Assembly (NCBI GenBank): GCA_015232565.1 | Contig: JADFZK010000004.1 | Span: forward strand, 11,907 to 75,906 | Origin: Candidatus Omnitrophota bacterium | Lineage (GTDB): Bacteria; Omnitrophota; Gorgyraeia; Zapsychrales; Fredricksoniimonadaceae | DNA length: 64,000 nt | Direction: 5' to 3' | Shown here: piece by piece, positions 25,801 to 37,800 of the stretch | How the letters are laid out: each line of letters starts with the position of its first letter | Position numbering within the stretch: the stretch's first letter is position 1 | Program-made: the position numbers and the translations under genes | Notes under the pieces: model-generated | The model's input: the letters and a program-made list of their open reading frames with translations, nothing else | Databases searched by the model: none | What the model was told of the DNA's origin: nothing

Positions 25801-28800
25801 CCAGTTCACGCCAATGTTACTCATGTAATTAAGATCCGACCAGTTCACCCCCGCCTGGCTCATGACATCAATATCTGCCCAATTAACACCAGTCTTGGTA
25901 AGCAAGTCAATATCGGTCCAGTTAATCCCTGTATTGCTTAGAGTGCCGATATCGGTCCAATTAACGCCGGTCTCGCTTAACCGCCCGATATCGGTCCAGT
26001 TGATTCCAGTTACACTTAATGTTTCAAAATCAGTCCAATTGATCCCGGTCAAACTAGCTGATCCGATATCTGTCCAATTAATGCCGGTGGTACTAACCAG
26101 GCCGAGATCCTGCCAATTAATACCAGTTTTAGAAATGCTTTCAACATCCGACCAATTGACACCCGTTTTAGTTAAAGTGTCAATATCCTGCCAATTAATT
26201 CCGATGGTGGTGATTGTATTGAGGTCAGACCAATTAACGCCCGTTTTGGTAAGAAGCTCTATGTCAGTCCAGTTAATACCAGTCGATGCTAAATGTTCCA
26301 CATCGGTCCAATTAATACCTGAACGGCTGATAACATCAATGTCGTTCCAGTTGACACCAGTTTTAGCCAGAACATCGATGTCCTGCCAGTTAATACCAAC
26401 GTTACTTAATACTCCGAGGTCCGACCAATTAACACCTGTTTCACTAATAACATCAATATCCAGCCAGTTAATGCCGGTAACGCTTAAAGCACCAATATCC
26501 GTCCAATTAATACCTGTCAGGCTTAAAGCTTCAACATCAGTCCAGTTAATACCCTTATTTGTTAATACATCAATATCCAACCAGTTGATTCCGTTATCAC
26601 TTAAAACCGCCACATCCATCCAGTTCACACCATTAATGGTCATCTGCGCAAAATCCGTCCAATTAACGCCAACCGCAGTCATCACGCTGAAGCTGTCCCA
26701 ATTAACTCCGGCAGTCGTTAAACTGTTTACATCCGTCCAATTAACTGCGGTCAAACTTAAGACCGCCACATCGGTCCAATTAACACCAATAGTAGTCAAG
26801 GTGTTTACATCCTGCCAATTAACGCCTGAAGTGGTCATAACCGACAGGTCATTCCAATTTACTCCAATACTGTTCATCACATTCAGGTCGGCCCAGTTAA
26901 CACCGATATTGCTCATGTAATTCAGATCCGACCAGTTGACTCCTGACTGACTCATTGACTCAATATCCGTCCAATTAACACCAGTCTTAGTAAGCAGGTC
27001 GATATCGGTCCAATTGATCCCGGTATTGCTTAAGGTGCCGATATCGGTCCAATTAACACCGGTTTCACTTAACCGGCCAATGTCGGTCCAGTTTACCCCG
27101 GTTACACTTAGAGCCTCAATATCAGTCCAATTTAAACCAGTCAAACTTAATGACCCGATATCAGTCCAATTTATTCCAGTAGCACTTAAACGGCCAATAT
27201 CTTGCCAATTTATTCCTGTTGTGGAAAGTCTTTCAATATCAGACCAATTAACACCAACCTTAGTTAAAGTGTCAATGTCTTGCCAGTTAATACCAGTTAT
27301 GCTAACGGTTTCAATGTCTGTCCAGTTCACTCCGGTCGTAGATAAAGTTTCAATATCTGTCCAATTTATTCCTGTGTTACTCAATGTGGATAGATCAGTC
27401 CAATTTATTCCAGTGTTAGTAATTGAATCAATATCTGACCAGTTAACACCTGAATCACTTAACAAAGCAATATCATTCCAATTTACGCCATCGGCGGTCA
27501 GTTGCGCAAAATCAGTCCAGTTAACGCCAACCGCAGTCATTACACTAAAGTTATCCCAATTCACTCCTGCTGAAGCCATTAAATCGAGATCAGACCAATT
27601 TACTGTAGTTTCGCTTAAAACCGCCACATCATTCCAGTTAACTCCGGCTAAACTGAGCGAGCTCACATCATGCCAATTGACACCGGCAGTTGTCATAACC
27701 GAAAGATCATTCCAGTTAACACCTAAGCTGTTCATAACATTGAGATCTGACCAATTTACCCCAATATTACTCATATAATTAAGATCGGACCAATTTACCC
27801 CGGAACGACTCATCAAATCAATATCATTCCAGTTAACATTGGTTTTACTTAGAGTATCAATGTCTTGCCAATTGACCCCAGTAGTAGAAAGTGTTTCAAT
27901 ATCAGTCCAATTAATTCCGGTTTTAAATAAAACGTCAATGTCTTGCCAGTTAATACCGGATTTAGCTAAAACATCGACATCCGCCCAATTAACACCAGTT
28001 GCAGATAAAACACCGATATCCGTCCAATTAATTCCTGTGCGGCTAAATGTGTTTATATCTTCCCAATTTAATCCGGTCATGCTAAGCGCGGAAACGTCCA
28101 TCCAATTAATACCTTGCGTGCTTATTTGCGAAATATCAGACCAATTCACATTTGCAGTGGACATGGTAGTAATATCATCCCAATTCGCACCTGCTATTGA
28201 TAACGTTGCAATATCAGTCCAGTTAATACCAGAAACAGACATTGCATCAAAATTTGTCCAATTAATACCTGAAACTGTCATTGTTTCAATATTGGACCAA
28301 TTAATACCACTTTGAGTCAAAGAGCCTATATCCGTCCAATTAACGCCAGTTTCACTCAAAGAACCAATATCAGACCAGTTAATAGCGGTACGCGACAAGG
28401 TCTCGATATCCGTCCAATTGATTCCCATATCCGACATGGTTTGAATATCATCCCAGTTTACACCTTTAGCACTCAGGACTTGAATATCAGTCCAGTTAAT
28501 GCCTACCAGGGACATCAAAGCAACATCAAACCAATTTACACCGGTAGAACTTAATGTTTGAATATCATCCCAATTAATATTTGTTTTGGTCAAACTTTGA
28601 ATGTCATTCCAGTTAACTCCGGCTTGAGTAAGCGTTGAAATATCCGACCAATTTACCCCGTTAACCGACATGGTTCCAATATCTATCCAATTAATACCAG
28701 CAACTGAAATTGTTTCAATATCAGACCAATTAACTCCAGACAAGCTTATTTGTTCAATATCTTGCCAATTAACCCCTTGATTGGACAGCACATCAATGTC

Positions 28801-31800
28801 TAACCAGTTAACTCCTTGTGTAGTTAAAACACCAATATCAATCCAATTGATCCCAGTAGTGGAAATAGTTTCAATATCTAACCAATTAATACCTTTCTTT
28901 GAAATAACTTCAAAATCAGCCCAATTAATACCAGTATTACTAAACACCGTCACATCGGACCAGTTTACACCTTCTTTGGAAAGCATTTCAATATCAGCCC
29001 AATTAACTCCGGATTGACTGAAAGTTCCCAGATCGATCCAATTAATACCGGTTAAACTCATGGCTCCAACATCGATCCAATTAATGCCCACAGTGGTCAT
29101 TTCACTTAAGTTATTCCAATTCAATCCCGCAGTTGAAATAACATTCAAATCGCTCCAATTAACTCCGGTTGAAGCCAGCAAACTAATATCAGTCCAATTA
29201 ACACCTGAAGTGGTTAATACTGAAATATCATTCCAGTTAACCCCAGCGTCAGTTAATATTGAAAGATCGTTCCAATTAACTCCGGCCGTACTCAAGGTTT
29301 CAATATCAACCCAATTAATTGAGCTGTTCCCCAACACACCAAAGTCGCTCCAATTGATCCCCGTCAAACTTAACGAAGCAATATCAGTCCAATTTACTCC
29401 ATTACCGCTAAGCGCACCGATATCAATCCAGTTAATGCCATTATTTGACATCGACTCTATACTCAGCCAATTAATACCAGAAGTAGACATTGCGCCAATG
29501 TCCTGCCAATTCAACGTGGTCTTGGAAAGAACATCAACATCAGACCAATTAATACCGGTAGCTGAAAGTGCCGCAATATCTTGCCAGTTAATAGAGGAGT
29601 TCGACAAAATCGACAGATCACCCCAATTAATCGCAGAATCAGACAATGCCTGAATATCCACCCAGTTGATGGCCTGAGTTGAAAGACTTTCTATGTCGGT
29701 CCAATTAACGCCTGACAAAGTAAGACTTTCAATATTGGTCCAATTAACACCATTATTGGACATTAGTGAAAGATCATTCCAATTAACACCTATTGTACTC
29801 ATTACCGAAATATCAGACCAGTTAACACCATTTTTAGAAAGCTGATCCAGATCCGACCAGTTAATGCCGGTAAGACTCAAATTTTCAATATCCGTCCAAT
29901 TAATCCCATTGGTAGATAAAGTTTGAAGGTCGATCCAGTTAATCCCTGCGTCGGTCAAAACGGCAATATCCTGCCAATTCACACCGGCTTTACTGCTGGA
30001 ATCAAGATCCGTCCAATTAATTCCTGATTGGGTTAATGCCGTTATATCCTGCCAGTTCACACTAAGAGCGGTCATTGAAGCCAAATCTTGCCAATTAACG
30101 CTACTCCGGGAAAGCGTTTCAATATCCAACCAATTAATTCCAACAGAGGTCAATGTGTCCAGATCACTCCAGTTAATACCCTGGGCTGTCAAACTACCAA
30201 GATCAACCCAATTGATGCTATTAAGGCTCATAACAGAAAGATCGTTCCAATTAACCATTGAAATACTTAATGCATTTACATCGGTCCAATTAACACCGGA
30301 CTTAGTCAAAGTCTCAATATCTATCCAATTGATCCCCGCATTTGAAAAAGAATTAATATCGGCCCAATTAACTCCTGATCTGGTCAATGTGTCCAGATCT
30401 TGCCAATTAATGCCCGCTTCGGTAAGAACATTAAGATCCGACCAGTTGACTCCAGTTAAAGACAGGGCCGCCAGATCAGTCCAATTAATTCCCGCCGCAG
30501 TGACAGCGTCAACATCCGTCCAATTTATACCCACTGCCGATAATGTTCCCAGATCCAGCCAATTAATTCCGGTTTGACTTAATACGCCTAAATCCTGCCA
30601 ATTAACTCCCGTCGCAGTGATCGTTTGTAGATCAATCCAGTTAATACCTGCACTCGCTAAAGAAGAAACATCTTGCCAATTAACTCCGGCATCCGATAAA
30701 GTTGCCAAGTCACTCCAATTAACACCGTTCAAAGAAAGTGCGGCAATATCCGTCCAATTAACTCCTGATAATGAAAGCGAATTAAGATCACTCCAATTAA
30801 CGGCGGAATCAGACAGACTTTGAATATCGGTCCAGTTAACTCCGCTAACACTTAGATTGCCAATATCGGTCCAGTTAACACCAGACAAACTAAGAGCGCC
30901 AATGTCAGTCCAGTTAACACCCGTATTGCCAAGTATCCCGATATCAAGCCAATTAATACCGGTTTTTGATAAAGTTTCAACATCACTCCAATTAACTCCT
31001 GCCTCGGTTAAAGACTGAACATCCGTCCAATTAACACCCACAGTACTGATAGTTTCAACATCAACCCAGTTAACACCGGATAACGACAATGTTTCCAGGT
31101 CAACCCAGTTAACACCCATAACAGTCATTGACTGAAGATCAGTCCAATTGACCCCGGTCATGGTCATGGACTGCAGGTCCTGCCAGTTAATCCCGGTAGA
31201 GGTAAATGATTGTACGTCGGCCCAGTTGACACCAGTACGACTTAACGTTTCAATATCAGTCCAATTAACGCCTATCCTGGTCATCGTTTCAATATCCGAC
31301 CAGTTTACTCCCTGTAAAGTCAACGACTGAACATCGATCCAATTGATACCCGCTACAGTAAGGCTTTCAATATCGGTCCAATTAATACCAGACTGGCTAA
31401 CCTCTCCAATATTCTCCCAATTGACACCCACATTGGTCATGGTCGAAAGGTCATTCCAGTTAATTCCCAGGCTGTTCATGATATTTAGATCAGACCAGTT
31501 CACTCCTACATTACTCATGTAGTTGAGATCCGACCAGTTGACTCCGGTCCGGCTCATTTGATCAATATCCTGCCAGTTAATACCGGAAAGAGTCAAATTC
31601 TCAACATCAAGCCAGTTAACACCAGCCAGGGTCATGGCGCCAATATCAACCCAGTTAACACCGGTTTTAGTAACCGCTTCAATATCCAGCCAGTTTACGT
31701 TAGCGGTCGTCAAAGCATTAACATCCGTCCAGTTAACCCCGGCGGCCGTTAAGGCACTAATATCAGTCCAATTTATAGTCGCTAAAGACATTACATTCAA

Positions 31801-34800
31801 ATCACTCCAGTTAACGCTGGAAGAGGTCAAGGTCTGCAGGTCGGTCCAGTTCACTCCGCTATCAGCCAGTGAACCAAGATCGATCCAGTTAACGCCAGAC
31901 TGACTTAATGAACCCACATCAAGCCAATTAACACCGGATAGAGTTAAAGCTTGAACATCATTCCAATTAAGCCCGGCGGCCGAAAGCGCTGACACATCGG
32001 TCCAGTTAATTCCCGCGTTGGTGAAAATGTTTATATCGCTCCAATTAACACCTGCCGTGGTCAACGTAGTAACATTATCCCAATTGACACCCGCCAAAGA
32101 CAAGGTGTTAAGGTCGCTCCAATTGATACCCGACTCACTTAATAGAGAAACATCCGTCCAATTTACACCGGCAACGGTAAATGTTTCAATATCCGTCCAA
32201 TTAATTCCGGAAGAAGTTATGGTTTGCAGATCAGTCCAGTTAATACCGGTCTGACTTAAAGCGCCGATATCTTCCCAGTTCACTCCGGTAGCGCTTAACT
32301 TGCCAATATCAGTCCAATTAATTCCGGTTGCTGAAAGCGCGCCCAGATCAACCCAGTTAATTCCAGCCGCAGAAAGAGTATTAATATCACTCCAGTTGAT
32401 ACCGGTCTGGGAGAACGCCGCAAGATCAGTCCAGTTTACGCCCGCTAAAGTGACCGCATTCAGATCACTCCAGTTTACTCCCGCATAACTTAAAGCCTGA
32501 ATATCGGTCCAATTAACTCCGCTGTCAGACATGGCACCCAGATCAATCCAGTTAACGCCGGATTGACTTAACGATCCGATGTCTTCCCAATTAACCCCGG
32601 TAGCGCTCAAAGCGCCAATATCAGTCCAGTTAATGCCAATGCGAGTTAATGAATCAATATCACTCCAATTAATGCCTTGTGTTGAAATAGCTTGTATGTC
32701 AGTCCAATTAATACCTGAAACACTTAATGAACTAATGTCAGTCCAATTAACGCCCACATCCGACAAAGCACCAATATCAGTCCAATTAACTCCTGCCAGA
32801 CTTAAACTGCCGATATCAGTCCAATTAACACCTGTCACTGTGAGCGATTGAACATCCTGCCAGTTTATCCCTGAAAAAGATAAAGCTTGAATATCAAACC
32901 AATTAACGCCAGTACCACTTAAAGTCTCAACATCCAACCAATTAATCCCGGATTCAGTCAATGATTCGATATCAGTCCAATTAACTCCCTGCATAGTTAA
33001 AGACTGAACATCAGTCCAATTAATCCCGGATAAAGTTAGTGTCTCAACATCGATCCAGTTAATACCAGATTGACTTACTGTGCCAATATTTTCCCAATTA
33101 ACACCCACATTGGTCATGGTCGAAAGATCATTCCAATTAATGCCCAGGCTATTCATAATGTTGAGGTCCGACCAATTTACGCCAACATTACTCATATAAT
33201 TCAAATCAGACCAATTAACCCCGGTTCGGCTCATTTGATCAATGTCGAGCCAATTAATACCAGTCAAAGATAAATTTTCAACATCAGTCCAGTTAACTCC
33301 GGAAAGACTTAAAGCCTCGATATCAACCCAATTAACACCAGCATTACCCAGCACAGCGATATCCTGCCAATTGACTCCAGTTTTGCTTAAGGTATCAATA
33401 TCACTCCAGTTAACACCAGCAACGGTTAACATTTGAATGTCAGTCCAGTTTACGCCGGTCTCACTTATAACCCCGACATCAGTCCAATTAACTCCGGTCG
33501 CAGCTAAAGTGCTAATGTCAGTCCAATTAACTCCGGATAAACTTAAACTTCCCAGATCACTCCAGTTAACACCAGCGTTAGTTAACGAGCCGAAATCGAT
33601 CCAATTAACCCCCGCTTTTGATAAAGTATCAACATCCATCCAATTCACACCAGCAACTGACAGAGCCGTAACATTATCCCAATTAACCCCAGCTACACTC
33701 ATAGTTTCCACATCAACCCAGTTCACACCGGATACCGATAATGTTTCCAGGTCAACCCAGTTAACACCCATAACAGTCATCGACTGAAGATCAGTCCAAT
33801 TGACCCCGGTCATGGTCATGGACTGCAGGTCCTGCCAGTTAATCCCGGTAGAGGTAAATGATTGTACGTCGGCCCAGTTGACACCAGTACGACTTAACGT
33901 TTCAATATCAGTCCAATTAACGCCTATCCTGGTCATCGTTTCAATATCCGACCAGTTTACTCCCTGTAAAGTCAACGACTGAACATCGATCCAATTGATA
34001 CCCGCTACAGTAAGGCTTTCAATATCGGTCCAATTAATACCAGACTGGCTAACCTCTCCAATATTCTCCCAATTGACACCCACATTGGTCATGGTCGAAA
34101 GGTCATTCCAGTTAATTCCCAGGCTGTTCATGATATTTAGATCAGACCAGTTCACTCCTACATTACTCATGTAGTTGAGATCCGACCAGTTGACTCCGGT
34201 CCGGCTCATTTGATCAATATCCTGCCAGTTAATACCGGAAAGAGTCAAATTCTCAACATCAAGCCAGTTAACACCAGCCAGGGTCATGGCGCCAATATCA
34301 ACCCAGTTAACACCGGTTTTAGTAACCGCTTCAATATCCAGCCAGTTTACGTTAGCGGTCGTCAAAGCATTAACATCCGTCCAGTTAACCCCGGCGGCCG
34401 TTAAGGCACTAATATCAGTCCAATTTATAGTCGCTAAAGACATTACATTCAAATCACTCCAGTTAACGCTGGAAGAGGTCAAGGTCTGCAGGTCGGTCCA
34501 GTTCACTCCGCTATCAGCCAGTGAACCAAGATCGATCCAGTTAACGCCAGACTGACTTAATGAACCCACATCAAGCCAATTAACACCGGATAGAGTTAAA
34601 GCTTGAACATCATTCCAATTAAGCCCGGCGGCCGAAAGCGCTGACACATCGGTCCAGTTAATTCCCGCGTTGGTGAAAATGTTTATATCGCTCCAATTAA
34701 CACCTGCCGTGGTCAACGTAGTAACATTATCCCAATTGACACCCGCCAAAGACAAGGTGTTAAGGTCGCTCCAATTGATACCCGACTCACTTAATAGAGA

Positions 34801-37800
34801 AACATCCGTCCAATTTACACCGGCAACGGTAAATGTTTCAATATCCGTCCAATTAATTCCGGAAGAAGTTATGGTTTGCAGATCAGTCCAGTTAATACCG
34901 GTCTGACTTAAAGCGCCGATATCTTCCCAGTTCACTCCGGTAGCGCTTAACTTGCCAATATCAGTCCAATTAATTCCGGTTGCTGAAAGCGCGCCCAGAT
35001 CAACCCAGTTAATTCCAGCCGCAGAAAGAGTATTAATATCACTCCAGTTGATACCGGTCTGGGAGAACGCCGCAAGATCAGTCCAGTTTACGCCCGCTAA
35101 AGTGACCGCATTCAGATCACTCCAGTTTACTCCCGCATAACTTAAAGCCTGAATATCGGTCCAATTAACTCCGCTGTCAGACATGGCACCCAGATCAATC
35201 CAGTTAACGCCGGATTGACTTAACGAACCGATGTCTTCCCAATTAACACCGGTCGCGCTCAAGGCGCCAATATCAGTCCAGTTAATACCAGCATCCGTAA
35301 GAGCTGTAAGATCCTGCCAATTCACACCAACATTCGATAACCGCGAGAAATCTTCCCAATTAATTGCCGAATTACTTAAGGTCTGGATATCCGCCCAGTT
35401 TAACCCGGAAACACTGAACGTTGCGACATCGGTCCAATTTACTCCAGCCATTGATAAAGACTGAATATCTACCCAATTAACGCCGATAACAGTCATGTCC
35501 CCGATATCGGTCCAGTTTATCCCGTTCATGGACAAGCGCTCCAGATCGGTCCAATTAACTCCGGTACTACTAAGTAACTCTACATCGTTCCAGTTAATTC
35601 CAGCGTTAGTCAAAGCATTAATATCTGCCCAATTTATCCCTTGAGTTGAAATGCCCAGAATATCATCCCAATTAATGTTAGTAGTAGACAATACCGCTAA
35701 GTCACTCCAATTTACCCCGTTAACCGATAAGGTTTCTATGTCCGTCCAGTTAATATTACTTACGCTCAGAGATTCAATATCTGTCCAATTAACGCCAGTT
35801 TCACTCAATCTGCCAACGTCAGCCCAATTAATACCTTCGGTTGAAAGGCGATTTATATCCACCCAGTTAACGCCGGTTACAGATAAAGCGGCAACGTCGG
35901 TCCAATTTATACCTTGAGCAGACATAGAGCCAAGATCGATCCAGTTCACACCAACAGCCGAAAGAGACGCCAAGTCATTCCAGTTTACTCCCATTGAGGA
36001 TAAAGCCGAGAGGTCCTGCCAATTAACCGACGCCAATGACAATACATTGAGATCCGTCCAATTAATGTTGGATTCAGACAAAGCCGCAATATCGGTCCAG
36101 TTGATATTAGCGGAAGCAAAAGTGTTTATGTCTGTCCAATTGATCCCCGACACTGAAAGTAATTCAATATTAGTCCAATTAACACCGCTATCCGATATGG
36201 TCTGAATGTCGAGCCAATTAACACCCTGATTGGTAAGAGTACCAAGATCAAGCCAGTTAATACCTGTTTCACTAATAACATCCAGGTCATTCCAGTTTAC
36301 ACCAGCCGCAGTCAAAGAAGCAACATCCGTCCAGTTCACACCACTGGCAGACATTACATTTATATCGCTCCAATTAATTCCGGTCTTGGACAAAGTGGTT
36401 ACATCTTCCCAATTGATACCGGCAATAGTAAGTGCCCCAATATCAGTCCAGTTTATAGCTGAAGAACTTAGCGTTTCAATTTCTGTCCAATTGACACCCG
36501 CTACCGATAAATCACCCAGATCTGTCCAGTTAATTCCAGCCGCAGTCATCGTCTGCATATTGGACCAATTTACGCCAGTAGCCGACAAAGATGCTAAATC
36601 AAGCCAATTGATATTGGAATTTGTAAAAACATCAATATCCGACCAGTTTACACCAGTCGCAGTCAAGACGGAAACATCGGTCCAATTAATGCCCGCTTGG
36701 GACATTTGATCAATATCCTGCCAGTTTACTCCGGTAGCAGATAAAGCCGCTATATCAGTCCAATTAATTCCACTAATACTGACATTCTCCACATCCGTCC
36801 AATTTATACCCGACATTGACAAACGATCAATATCCGTCCAATTGACACCAGACAATGAAAGAGCCTGGAGATCGATCCAATTTATTCCCGTTGCCGCGAT
36901 GGTCCCAACTTCATCCCAATTAACTCCAGCCTGCGAAAGCACTACAACATCATTCCAATTGATGCCTTTTAGAGATAAAGCGCCAATATCATCCCAATTA
37001 ACACCCGCCATGGTTAAAGCAGAAATATCAGTCCAATTTACCCCCGAATCCGAAACCAGCCCGACATCGATCCAGTTAATACCGGAAGTCGAAAGTGCAT
37101 TGACATCCGACCAATTTATGCCACTGTCGGCCATGACAGTGATATTTCCCCAGTTAATGCCACTGCGCGACAAAATATCAACATCGGACCAGTTAATGCC
37201 ATTGGTCGACAAAGACACGATATCGTTCCAATTTATCCCCGTTCGGCTTAGCAGGTCGATATCTCCCCAGTTAATGCCCGCAACAGAAATCGCTTCAATA
37301 TCGGTCCAGTTAACACTGGCATCACTCATGGCGCCAATATCCAGCCAATTAATACCGTTAGCCGAAAGAACGCCGATATCGCTCCAGTTAACACCGCTGG
37401 CCGACAAAGTTTCAACATCAGTCCAATTCACTCCGGTCAACGATAGCACTCCAAGGCTTTCCCAATTGATCCCGCTGGCAGTAAGAGTGTTTATATCGGT
37501 CCAGTTTATGCCTTCCGAAGTAACCCGGCCAATATCCGTCCAATTAATACCGGTTGAACTGATCACCCCAATATCGATCCAGTTAACGCCTTCCTGCGAA
37601 AGCGAAACAATATCGGTCCAATTAATACCGGCAACTGATAAAGAACCCAAATCAGTCCAGTTTACATTAGAGTAGCTCAAACTATTGATGTCGCCCCAAT
37701 TGATATTACTAGCCGCCATTAGGGAAATATCGCTCCAATTAACACCCGCTTCTGATAAAGACCCAATATCAAGCCAATTAATACCCTGAAGACTCATGGT

